Shown here: positions 52,601-62,050 of the stretch, piece by piece
How the letters are laid out: each line of letters begins with the position of its first letter
Numbering within the stretch: position 1 is the first letter of the stretch
Source of the DNA: Eledone cirrhosa
Taxonomy: Eukaryota
DNA: 64,000 nucleotides
Assembly: GCA_964016885.1 (NCBI GenBank)
Contig: OZ024741.1
Coordinates: 401,636,001 to 401,700,000 of the forward strand
Reading direction: 5' to 3'
The notes under the pieces: model-generated
Seen by the model: only the letters and a program-made list of their open reading frames with translations
The model's database searches: none
Told to the model about the DNA's origin: nothing
Program-made: the position numbers and the translations under genes

Positions 52601-55600
52601 CCATTCCATTGCACAGATGGTTCTATAGAAATAGTGGACACCTTCCGTTACCTGGGTGACAAAATCAGCAGTGGTGGAGGGTGCTCGGAAAGTACAGCAG
52701 CTAGAGTCAGTACGGGATGGAAAAAGTTCAGAGAGCTTATACCACTATTGGCCGCTAAGGGTTTCTCTCTAAAAATGAAAGGCAGGCTGTATGATGCCTG
52801 CATACGAACAGCAATATTACATGGAAGTGAGACCTGGGCATTGTGTGCAGACTGGAGAGAAACGAAGCTTGCATGCTCCGTTGGATGTGTAATAGTAATA
52901 TACGTGAACGGCAAAGCATAAATGAACTAAGTGAGAAATTAGGAATAAGAGGGATCAGATGCTATTTACTCGAGAGAAGACTACGTTGGTACGGTCACGT
53001 GATGCGCATGAAAGACGACAGCTGTATAAAAAAGTGCAGAGCGATAAAAATAGACGGTAGCCACAGAGTAGGCAGACCCAGAAAAACCTGGGATGACTTG
53101 ATAAATTCCGACCTCACACACTTACACCTCTCCAAGACAATGTCACTGGACCGAGATCTTTGGCGCTACATAGTAATACAGAAGACCCGCCTTGCCTAAG
53201 TACAAAGTGAAACCTACAGTCAGTAGGCACCTCTTAATCAAATATGAACCCCCATCCCACTAACCCACTCCCACCACCCCTTTCAATGTAAAGTATGTTG
53301 GTACCACAACATCCAGTCCGAAACAAATGAGGTCGTGTAGGTGTCACAACAAAAAAACACACAGTCCACGCTGTAATGTGGCTGTGTAGGTAACACGGTA
53401 AAAACCTCCCAGTCCCACACTGTAAATGTGGTTGGTGTTAGGAAGGGCATCCAGCTGTAGAAAACCCACCAGACAGTCCTATACGAGCAAGACGACCACT
53501 CTTGCCTCAAGTGGGACAATTCCCGTCTAAACCCATGCAAGCGTGGAAGATGGACTTTAAACAATGATGATGATGATGATCAATATTACCATCATCATGA
53601 TCATCATCATTATCAACACCATCATTATCAACATCATCACCATCCTCATCATCACCATCATCACTCATTAATGTTTCTATTCCATGTTGACAGTCAATAG
53701 AAATCTAAACAATATATGTTATCTGTTATAAATAATATTTAACAAAAACCTTCAGATCATCATCATCATCATTAGATAGTGTTATAAAGTGGCTATCATG
53801 TGACGATTTCTGTGTATGTATTGGTAGGTATGTAAGTATATGTGTGTGTGTGTGTAGTAGAGGTGCAAATGAATTGCTTCCACAGGCAGTATGCCAAGAT
53901 AAACACTCAATGCTCATATTTCCATTTATTATTATTATTATTATTATTATTTATATACATACATAGAGAAATATATATATAGATATAGATATAGATTAAA
54001 TTTTTTGGCAGCATGACCCTCCTAAAGTATAACAATATATATATATACTAGCAGATTTACCCGGCGTTGCTCAGGGTTTGAAATTATGCTAAGAATATAC
54101 AGCTAGGAAGTAAAAGAAGAACATTATTTGCACCCAACCTGTCAAAATAAGCAGAAGTCTTCAATAATTAATGCAAACGAATATTTAGTGCAATCTTTGT
54201 ACACATAAAACTATGCTGATAATGAAGGAAAACACTGAACAGGATGTAGTTATACAAATGATTAAAGACAATACACGTTGCAAATCTGTAAAAAAAACAG
54301 GCAGTTTTGCTAAAGTACAAAAAGTTGTAATGGAAGCAGAGTTGTATACAAACAAAAAAACAATGAGAGTAGAATAAGAGAAAATCTATTCTTTGAGAGC
54401 ATCCTTTGCTGTGTATGGTTAAATTTTGAACTTATAATCCAAAATATCCTGCATGACATATTCATTGGTATGTTTTGTAATGAGTAAGGTGAAGTCAAGG
54501 CAGAGCTGTAATAAGTTTTTTTGATAACACTAAAGCACTTCAGGATAGTTGATATTCTTTGTTTTTCTTTTCGGAACAAACGCAAAGAGATTATCTCGAC
54601 TGCCAACTCGTGAGCAGGCAACGTAGAATTGTCCGTGCGAAAAGCAAGGTTCATCCAAGTGAATTCCAGTGACGGACATAGTTTGACCTTGCGACTTGTT
54701 TATGGACATCGCAAAAGCAACACGAAGGGGAAATTGGGTTCGGCGAAAGGAGAAGGGAGTATCCACACCTGATGTAGTCAGGCTAATTTTTGTTATTATC
54801 ACATCCTCGCCTTTTCCACATCCGGATAGAATGGTAGCGTCAATACTAAATGGAGACAGTTTTTTAACCACAAGGCGTGTGACATTGCATAGTTTTGGAG
54901 GAGTGATATTTCTCAGCAAAATAACTTTCAGAACCAATGTATTAGGAGGTAAACCAGGAGGATTTAAAGAATTCAGAAATTCAACTGGATAGTTGACCAC
55001 ATCCTGTGGATCACATACAGTATCAATAGATTTATATATCCGTGGACATCCAGGAAGAATCCTGTTCAGTATGTTCCTTCATTGTCAAAAAAGTTTGATG
55101 TGTACAAATACAGCTGGGAGCATAGATAATGCCTGCCTCAAATGTGGACGAAATTACCTTAAAAATGTAAAATCTGTAGGTTTCAATGTTTTTAATGGAA
55201 AGTCCCATAAGGATTGTTCTAAAATTAAACAAACCATCATCAAAATCATGTCAATTCGAGACTGCTGCGAGATTAGGCCCTTAACGCGAAAATTAACACT
55301 TAATATAGTGAAACAAGTTAAAACAACAAGTGTTTTTTTTAACTTTGAAAGTGCAACAAAGAATAAACAAGAAACAAACAATAATATTAGTGATTTATCT
55401 TCAAATGAATTTGATGTTTATATTTATTAAATTTCGTCTGACGATGATTGTTGTTTTACAATTGAAAACGAAGGTCTCCATATTACACTCTCTTTATAAG
55501 GATTGTCAATAAAGTTCGTTATCTCCCTTTTTTTATAAGGATTGTCAATAAAGTTGGTTATCTCCCTTACATCAAATTTGATATCGATTTTTTATTGCTC

Positions 55601-58600
55601 AACGTGGGTTGATTGGAACCTAAGCAACCTGTGCAACGTGCACAGAAAATTTGGTCACATTCGGTTGGTAATTGTAAAAGCCATAGGTATCCAAAGTTGT
55701 ACACAGACACACACACACATCCTCGCTTTTATATATATAAAGATATATATATGTGAAAAAATGGGGAGAAGAATATTGCAGGTTGCACATGGATAACATG
55801 TAATAAAATAAGTCCCTCATCAGTGATTTGCCGACGATCATAGATATTTCATTGCATTAAAAATCATATACCTCACGTCGGTGCAATAATAACTAAATTA
55901 AGTTATTAGGACAATTAAAACGCGTAAAGCGAGTGAGACAAGATAAGAACAAAGAGGAGAGCTAACCGTAGAAGGAAGGGAACAAGCTTCATAGTTATTC
56001 TGTTAGCATAAGCTAAGTGAATATATGAGCGCTTAGAAAAAAGACCTTTCGGGAACGAATTCAAATGTGAGAAAGAGAGAAAATGTTTTCGCCGCGAACG
56101 GGATGAAGTGAGAAGAGGAGAAACAGTGAGTGAGTGAGTGGAAGTGTGAGGAAGAGTTAACTGACAAGACAGAGGGGGCGAAAGAAAGTAGGAGAAACAG
56201 AGAGAACGAGGGAGCAGTAAGAGAGAGAGAGAGAAAAAAAACAGAATCGCAGTTTAGGTAAATATAAGTGAAAAAATATATATATATATATTTGTGTGTG
56301 TGTGTGCATATAAAGTGTGAGATGAAAATTTTACCTTTTATGTTGAGGCCTTATTAAATAGTTTTCTTTCTTTCTGTAAATACAGAGTCTTGGTGTGTGT
56401 TTAATGATGGTTTAGCTGATGCCTCATTGATAAGAAGTTGGGATATTAAGACTTCAAGTAATGAAGAATATGTCAATTCAATCAGACCTGGTGGAAAAGG
56501 ATGGAAACCTGCTCTCAATGATACTAAACGTACAGTGAGAATTTTTGTAGGAGATTCTTTAAGATATGGTGGATCAATAAGATTACTCCATACTAAATAT
56601 GTTGAGAAGTTTGATGTCATACTCTCTGATGGACAGGTAAATTATATCTTTATTTAAAATGATAATTTTATTAATATAGTTAATACAAACATTGTGAGAT
56701 ATGTAATAAATGACTGATAGATATTTCAGAAAGTCAGTACAATGTGGCAGAAATATATAAAGGGTAAAGGATGGCAAATAAAATAAAACAAAGTAATGTT
56801 TATCTTACTCAGAATATTTCAACATGATATTTCAGGGTTATAACCTCTTTTCAAATATAAAAACAAAAAACTGATCCAAGTATCTTGATTACACATGTAA
56901 TAGAAGCCACTCTGCTCTGTCATTCTAATCTATTATTTATTTGTGGCTTCGTTGTTGATGATTAGAGCCTCCTTAATTCTTAAATTCTCCACATACCTGT
57001 CCATTGCCTCTATGATTAACGCAATGTCTTGGTGCAACATTTGCGAATTTTATTATTTTAAATAAATTAAATATTTATTACATGGGCGGAGGTGGTGAGA
57101 GCAGACCTCAGATCGCTGAAGCTCACTGAGGACATGATGAAGGACCGTGACAAGTGGAGAGATGCTGTACTGAATAGGACCCGTCCCTCCCTTACAAGCA
57201 GGGAAAAGCGGACGTAAAATGATGATGATTTATCTGAAACTAAATATGTGTAGTATGAAAAAATATTTATAAATGTTAAATTACATTGCCTTATTCTGCA
57301 CCTTACCTTTTTTTTCTATGTCACGATATATGAGGGTCAGCAGAAAAGTTCAAAGACTGACCAAAATACTCTCATGGAATGACCAAATGAGGTTTATTTT
57401 TCAATGTAGTCCCTGGAAAGAAATAATGTAGTTATTAATAAGAAGAGCTGAAATTAATGCAAGATTTCACAGCTCTAGCATCATGCCGTCATAGTCAGCC
57501 TCTGAACTTCCCAGCTGAACCATGTACATCTAAAAATCTCTATGATCATTATTATAATCATCATCACCATCATCACAATGAGTTCTGAATTTGTTTTTCC
57601 ATGTTTTCTCTCATGGCTTGGATGAACTGCTTTGAGGAAACTTCTCTGGCTGCAAATGAAAAGGGAATAGTTGAAAGATATTAACTAAGAGAATACTGTA
57701 TAAGGATTCAATAAGAAGGGGGGAGGAAGAGAGAGCAAGTGAAAGAGAGGAGAGACAGAGCGAAGAACAAGAGAGAGAGAGAGAGAGAGAGAGTCTAATA
57801 AAACAAAACAAGATTGAAAGAAAAAGTATAATTAAGTCACAGAGAAAAACAATCAGCACATGTGTGTGTGTGTGTGTGTGCACGTGTGTGTGTGCACGTG
57901 TGTGTGTGCATATCTGTATTGGGGATATTTATGTATTAAAGAGTTCAAATAATTGTTTCTACTTTTGGCACAAGGCCAGCAAATTACCCAGTATGTTACT
58001 GGTACTTTATTTTATCGATCCCCATAAGGATGAAAGGCAAAGTTAACCTTGGAGGGATTTGAACTCAGTATGTAAAGGGACTTAACTCTATGCTAGAAAG
58101 CATGGCGTTCGACCCTCTACCGATACTGCCAATCCACATAATTTAAAGGTGTTGGGAATGTTCTCAATGCTATACATATTTAAAATTCATAAAGATATAG
58201 TAAATGTAGAAAAATAGTGATTCATTGTGAAATAATCAATCCAGATATTTTAACACCTTATTTAGGTAGAATTCAAAGTTGGTGAAAATCATCAAAATAT
58301 TGACCCCAAATGTAAGCCAATCCCCCATTTTATGGGCGATTGTTTTTCGTAATATATTCCTCAGTTTATATTTGAGTATATATAGTGTTTCCTTAGTATA
58401 TTGTTGGTGTGTTTTAATGTAAATTTCTAAAATAGACAATGTTATCTAGGATCTGTCTTTTTTACAGAATACCAAGACAGTTCGGAATAATGGACCAGAT
58501 GATATTATCAAAATACCTTTTGGTACCACTGTCAATAGTATAACATTAAAATTTTATACTGTTAAATCAGATTGTCAGCTGTCTGTAACAGTATCAGTTA

Positions 58601-61278
58601 TGGGATGTTTTGAATCAAGTAAGTGGGATTGTATTTAACAAACATACATTTCACTATATTTTACAAACAAACATTTCACTATATTCAACAAACATACATT
58701 TCACAATATTTAACAAACATACATTTCACAATATTTAACAAACATACATTTCACAATATTTAACAAACATACATTTCACAATATTTAACAAACATACATT
58801 TCACAATATTTAACAAACATACATTTCACAATATTTACAAACATGTCTGTAACAGTATCAGTTATGTGATGCTTTGAATCACGTAAGTATTATTGTTATT
58901 TTAAAATATACTTTTGAACATGCCATTGTTATTTTAAAATATACTTTTGAACATGCCATTGTTATGTAGAATTAGAATTATAAAACTAATATTGTATACT
59001 ACAGTGTAACCCATGTCAACAGGGAGAGCAGACATTTAGTTATGATGTTGTTATATACTAGTGAAGGTGCATAGCTTAGTGGTTAGAGAATTGGAGTCGC
59101 AATTGTGAGGTTGCAAGTTCAATTCCTAGTCTGGGGAAATGCGTTATGTTCTTAAACAATGCACTTTATTTCATGTTGCTCTCACCTCAGGTAGATAGTA
59201 CCAATAGTTGGAAAGATCAATAGAAACATTGCTTCCTTAGTCTGATATGACAAGTTCCACCCCACTTGGTCAGCAAATGAAGTTTAGGATCTTGTTGATT
59301 GATTCCTTCAATATCTTGATCAACCAGGAGTTGTGATTGGTAGATAATATTAGCAATGGAAACATTGTTTCCCCGGTCCAATTTGACGAGCTCCACCTCA
59401 CCCCACTCAGTAAGCTAAGGAGGTCTGGGATCTTGTTGATCAATTCCTTCAAGTATCTTGATCTGCCAGGAGTTGTGACCAATAGATAGTGTCAGCAATG
59501 AAAAGACCAATGGAAGCATTGCTTCCTTGGTCTGATTATACAAGTTCAGGCCAAATGAATACTGGGTCAATCAAATTTAATATACTATAGATTGTTAAAT
59601 CTTGTTTTAAAATATTGATAAATTATACATGATATAATTGGTATAACTTGCAATAACATAATATATAGTTGTTTCTATGGGATCTTATTGTTGTTTAATG
59701 TCGTTTAATGTCTTCTTTCTAGAATCTACAACTGAAGCAGCTACAACAGCTACAGGTATGGAGTTTACAAATTACACTAAACAGATTTCTCTCTTACATA
59801 TTTATTGGTGATTGCAGAATAATAAAAACAGAATGTTTTCATGTTATATGCAAAGTACAAGACTTACGAAATACCTTTAGTTGATGACAGGATTAATAAT
59901 ATGTTGGAAATTGTCATTTCTTCTTCTTGGTTCCTTAACTCTTGATTGAATCGTAGGGGTGCCATAGCAACATACGGTGTTTCTTGGGCATTTTTAAAAC
60001 CTGGCAGACCCCCATCTATCTCCAGGCCTGAGAACAGCAGATTTCTTCCAGAGAAGGATAAAAAGTGAGAAAGAGATATAGAGGAAGATTCGACCCTAGT
60101 ACTAGACTGGTACTTTTTTATCAACCTCCAAAGGATGAAAGGCAAAGTTGAATTCAGAGTGTATAGAGCTGATACAAAAGCCACAAAACACTTTATCCAA
60201 CTTTCTAACGACTCTGTCATTTCTACAGGACTAAATCAATATGGTTTTTCAGTCATCTAATTATAAGATCATGCGGTTGATTATTGCTTAATTACAAAAA
60301 TCTTTTATTTTGTTTAATATCAAATTATTAAATTCACTTTCCTTTTCTTTACCTCTGGCTTAAAATTGACTCACTTTGTTTTTACCATAAAAATAAGATG
60401 TTTAACCTATATACTTATATCATCATCATAATTGTTTAAGGTCTATTTTTCCATGCTTGTAAGGGCTAGATGGGTTGTTGTGTTATAAGAAGAGTCAGGC
60501 CAGGGGACCACATTTTGCTCATAGGGATTTGTATGTTGGCTTGGTTTCAATGGCTGGATACTCTTCCTAAAACCAACCACTTTACATAAAAATTGTAAAT
60601 CATAACGAAAGAAAATATTAAGTCAATACTAAGTAGCGTGTGTCAATTAGTCACAAGGGAGGCTCCAGCACACCTTGGGTACTGGAGCCTCCCTCAAATA
60701 CTTTTTGAGGCAAGTTAACACACTGGCTGCATTACCACGGGTGGACTTATCTATAAGCTAAATAAGCTATAGTTTAGAGCCACCCACACAGAGGGGGGGG
60801 GGCTCATTTTTTAATATATATTTTTATTTTATCATTAGTTTTTATTCTATAACACTAAATCATCAAATTATATATGATGGCGATGATGATGATGATAAAT
60901 GTGATGCTGATGATTATGATGATGGTGGTGATGATTATGAATATGATGATGATGATGGTGGTGATGATTATGAATATGATGATGTAGTGGCCTTGTTAAA
61001 TATATATTTTTCTTTCTGTAAATACAGAGTCTTGGTGTGTGTTTAATGATGGTTTAGCTGATGCCTCATTAATAAGAAGTTGGGATATTAAGACTTCAAG
61101 TAATGAAGAATATGTCAATTCAATCAGACCTGGTGGAAAAGGATGGAAACCTGCTCTCAATGATACTAAACGTACAGTAAGAATTTTTGTAGGAGATTCT
61201 TTAAGATATGGTGGATCAATAAGGTTACTCCAGACTAAATATGTTGAGAAGTTTGATGTCATACTCTCTGATGGACAG
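56..61278 (+). CDS. Large multi-exon gene (partial, both ends outside window): tandem discoidin/F5-8C-like domains separated by Thr/Pro-rich mucin-like linkers
   Basis: 44 exons with canonical AG/GT boundaries and matching phases (linkers 1-1; domain exon B 1-0; exon C 0-1) splice into an uninterrupted ORF of ~5,678 nt. Domain pattern C..DGL...I.SWDI..SS....IRP..GW.P....V..FDV....LRV.V..IGC resembles FA58C (terminal LRxELxGC motif, N/C-terminal Cys pair). Confidence 0.8.
1928..3536 (+). CDS. Type-I module 2
   Basis: Exons 1928-1972, 2078-2343, 2668-2803, 3480-3536; same lengths and splice sites as module 1. Confidence 0.85.
3819..9228 (+). CDS. Type-I module 3 (A-B intron carries a ~3.8-kb RTE)
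   Basis: Exons 3819-3863, 7770-8035, 8360-8495, 9172-9228. Confidence 0.85.
3917..7713 (-). mobile_element. Near full-length RTE-clade LINE (subfamily 1): AP endonuclease + RT + PHD-like finger
   Basis: ORF 4451-7561 has GTINV, IQETRW, SAYAPQ, GDLNGHVG, QGSVLSP and LYADD. (GAT)n tail at ~3917-3935. A 7-T run at 4534-4540 (6 in the 15.2-kb copy) frameshifts the C-terminus, which continues in 4261-4473. The 5' UTR contains short tandem repeats. Confidence 0.93.
9511..11108 (+). CDS. Type-I module 4
   Basis: Exons 9511-9555, 9650-9915, 10240-10375, 11052-11108. Confidence 0.85.
11391..12998 (+). CDS. Type-I module 5
   Basis: Exons 11391-11435, 11540-11805, 12130-12265, 12942-12998. Confidence 0.85.
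13281..14880 (+). CDS. Type-I module 6
   Basis: Exons 13281-13325, 13430-13695, 14020-14155, 14824-14880. Confidence 0.85.
14991..15863 (+). mobile_element. 5'-truncated RTE (subfamily 1) inserted in an intronic (TA)n
   Basis: ORF remnant MKGRLYDACIRT...GRPRKTW; 3' UTR almost identical to the 3917 element; (GAT)n tail; absent from the other modules. Confidence 0.92.
16035..17942 (+). CDS. Type-I module 7
   Basis: Exons 16035-16079, 16182-16447, 16772-16907, 17886-17942. Confidence 0.85.
17431..17730 (-). mobile_element. RTE subfamily 1, 3' UTR-only insertion
   Basis: (CAT)n followed by sequence matching ~3937-4212; absent from the homologous intron of other modules. Confidence 0.9.
18221..22279 (+). 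CDS. Type-I module 8 (edge copy; diverges from late exon B onward)
   Basis: Exons 18221-18265, 18366-18631, 19057-19192, 22223-22279. Confidence 0.82.
19795..20200 (+). mobile_element. Possible non-autonomous Helitron remnant
   Basis: Starts with A|TCTATACTATAATAAGAGC..GTTTGTCTGTC, a typical Helitron 5' end. No clear 3' end. Confidence 0.35.
21615..22154 (+). mobile_element. RTE 3' fragment (subfamily 3)
   Basis: WKKFRELLPLL...GRPRKTWAEVV; (GAT)n tail. Confidence 0.9.
22339..24597 (+). mobile_element. 5'-truncated decayed RTE (subfamily 1-like) in (TA)n
   Basis: RT ORF pieces 22317-23036 and 23073-23930 with LYADD and stops; 3' UTR and GAT tail; (TA)n on both flanks. Confidence 0.92.
25048..25083 (-). 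ncRNA. Minimal type-I hammerhead ribozyme motif (Penelope-type)
   Basis: Minus strand TCTT CTGATGA A GGAC-AAGC-GTCC GAAA CG TTA AGA: core, stem II, palindromic AACGTT stem III, and short TCT/AGA stem I. Confidence 0.6.
25410..25935 (-). mobile_element. tRNA-derived SINE containing a nested piggyBac-like MITE (25525-25722)
   Basis: tRNA-like head at ~25860-25930 on the minus strand with a CCTTxAGCAAG core. MITE bounded by TTAA-CCCTTT...AAAGGG-TTAA; the SINE resumes at cccttaa|cgtagttc. Confidence 0.7.
26385..26582 (-). mobile_element. tRNA-derived SINE (GCCTTTCATCCTT..GGGGTCGATAAAATAAAGTACC core)
   Basis: B-box-like GAGTTCAAAT plus conserved core. Related copies at ~25975-26170, 27130-27330, 28090-28370, 32180-32340, 33150-33390, 36810-36990, 37495-37680, 45880-46200, 52035-52215, 57955-58135 and 59990-60220. 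Confidence 0.75.
26662..38779 (+). CDS. Type-I module 9 (diverged, TE-expanded introns) plus following linker exon
   Basis: Exons: 26662-26706 (TPPVPTTTPQPTTQT), 31880-32145, 37044-37179 (NNAKDEIVKIPFGTTSDTVKIHFSPVSSKCRMLIAVSFKGCFESA), linker 38735-38779 (STSIPTTTPQQTTAT). Confidence 0.8.
27428..28085 (+). mobile_element. Decayed RTE 3' fragment (subfamily 2)
   Basis: Homologous to the 3' end and UTR of the 28388-31805 element. Confidence 0.8.
28388..31805 (-). mobile_element. RTE LINE (subfamily 2) with intact 1039-aa ORF
   Basis: ORF 28682-31801 is uninterrupted: APE (GTINV, VQETRW, GDFNGHVG), RT (QGSVLSP, LYADD), C4HC3-like finger, GRPKMTW. Short GAT tail at ~28388-28396; almost no 5' UTR. 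Confidence 0.95.
33791..33827 (-). ncRNA. Minimal type-I hammerhead ribozyme motif, CpG-decayed
   Basis: Minus strand TGTC CTGATGA TGGC-CTGA-GCCA GAAA CACA TT GACA. Stems I and II are perfect; CACATT is consistent with decay from CGCGTC. Confidence 0.6.
34055..36758 (+). mobile_element. RTE (subfamily 3), 5'-truncated, internal deletion near 34340, stops/frameshift
   Basis: ORF pieces 34260-35540, 35574-35867 and 35875-36735; GDFNGHVG fused directly to NTKAYPGEEC; (GAT)n tail. Confidence 0.92.
38011..38650 (-). mobile_element. CR1/L2-like LINE 3' end with internal 61-bp tandem repeat (~7 copies, 38209-38638)
   Basis: Minus strand reads WNKLPASVVSCRDTASFKTSM (WNxLP..VV....FK C-terminal motif); (TTA)n tail at ~38011-38036. 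Confidence 0.75.
38951..39290 (+). mobile_element. tRNA-derived SINE head joined to chimeric RTE 3' ends
   Basis: GGCTTAGTGGTTAGAGC...GAGTTCAATTC head, then subfamily-2 3' UTR, then subfamily-3 terminus with GAT tail. A related SINE head is at ~59060-59190. Confidence 0.7.
39952..40063. repeat. Long inverted repeat (48-bp arms, 16-nt loop)
   Basis: 39952-39999 pairs with 40016-40063 at 46/48 positions. Confidence 0.95.
40181..41692 (+). mobile_element. 5'-truncated RTE (subfamily 3) in (TA)n
   Basis: RT ORF 40244-40897 with LYADD, followed by frameshifted pieces; GAT tail running into (TA)n. Confidence 0.92.
42371..44941. repeat. 107/108-bp minisatellite, ~24 copies
   Basis: Unit tggtcagatcagacttctacctgctactggtaccatgtaacccagtacaacctgtttcatggtcaagtggtcagtgactaaactggctcccccaccagaccctggta. 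Confidence 0.97.
45225..51065 (+). CDS. Type-II module 1
   Basis: Exons: E 45225-45257 (ESTTEAATTAT), B2 46899-47149 (ESWCVFNDGLAD...ILSDGQ), C2 50915-51065 (NTKTVRNNGPDDIINIPYGTTVNSIKLKFYTVKPDCEMSVTVSVMGCFES). Confidence 0.8.
47248..47628. mobile_element. Tigger/pogo-like MITE (second copy 61377-61757)
   Basis: TIRs CAGTAAAACCTTGGTT / AACTGAGGTTCCACTG followed by TA. Confidence 0.7.
47922..50537. repeat. 30-bp minisatellite (~86 copies) embedded in a minus-strand RTE 3' end
   Basis: Unit ttggagtggtctattccctgttaccatggt. The right flank 50520-50705 is decayed RTE C-terminus on the minus strand. Confidence 0.97.
51673..58618 (+). CDS. Type-II module 2
   Basis: Exons 51673-51705, 56386-56636, 58468-58618. 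Confidence 0.8.
52222..53580 (+). mobile_element. 5'-truncated RTE (subfamily 1-like)
   Basis: EFKTGCPWELLYADD...; ORFs 52271-52921 and 52843-53199; 3' UTR and GAT tail. Confidence 0.92.
54048..55743 (-). mobile_element. Non-autonomous Helitron retaining a PIF1-type helicase C-terminus
   Basis: 5' end TCTTTATATATATAAAAG at 55743. 3' hairpin CCCTGAGCAACGCCGGG followed by CTAG at 54048-54051, inserted between A and T in (TA)n. ORF 54530-55000 has EFLNSL..PGLPP, QFPLRVAFAMSINKSQGQT and FSHGQFYVACSRV. Confidence 0.9.
57080..57228 (+). mobile_element. RTE subfamily 3, extreme 3' fragment
   Basis: TWAEVVRADLRSLKL... plus terminal aagcagggaaaagcggacgtaaaatgatgat. Confidence 0.85.
57329..57526. mobile_element. 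Mariner-like MITE
   Basis: Imperfect TIRs TATGAGGGTCAGCAGAAAAGTTCAAAGACTGAC / GTCAGCCTCTGAACTTCCCAGCTGAACCATGTA. Confidence 0.6.
58633..58842. repeat. ~26-bp tandem repeat, ~8 copies
   Basis: Unit tttaacaaacatacatttcacaatat, directly after exon C2. Confidence 0.9.
59723..61278 (+). CDS. Type-II module 3 (partial; exon C2 beyond window)
   Basis: Exons 59723-59755, 61028-61278. Confidence 0.8.
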
Positions 61279-62050
61279 GTAAATCATATCTTTATTAAAT
61301 TAATAAGGTATTAAATAGTATAATATAATGATATTTAAAAGATTGTTCTAGTGTATTCTTTGAATTATTATATCTGCAGTAAAACCTTGGTTCATAAACT
61401 TAATTCATTCCTGAAGGCCATTCGTCACCTGAAATGTTCACAAACCGAAACTATTTTTCATATACAAAATGTTGAGAGAGTGATCAGCATAGTAACTAAC
61501 AAAACAGCAAGAGTCTCTTGCCCACCGATATTCCAAGTTTGTTACCAACCATTGTTGCTGCCTTGCGTGTCCATTGCTCAAGACACCATTCATGAACTGA
61601 GACGTTCTATGTTCAGAAAATTGGTTGTGAACCAATTTGTTCATGACCTAGTTTGTTCATGATGAGGGGTGTTCATGACCTAGTTTGTTCCTGATGAGGG
61701 GTGTTCGTGACCTGGTTTATTCATGATGAGGGGTGTTCATTAACTGAGGTTCCACTGTATATTTATTTGAAGTTCTGATGAGGATGTTTCCTCTAACATC
61801 TAGAATGTTGTGTCATTCTGATAATGAGATATGCTGATACAACTAAGATAGTATGGCACTCTGTTAATAACTCTGTCAAGAGAGATGGTTGCCCTGTTAC
61901 CAATCCTCACATATCTTCTTCTTTCTTCTTCTTGCTCTTGCTCAATGAGACTGGGATCATCCTAGGTCAGTAATCCCAGAGGTGTCATTGTGTGTAGAAA
62001 TGATATCTAGCTATTGCTTACTTCTTTCATCTTTATCCTTTTACCTCTGA

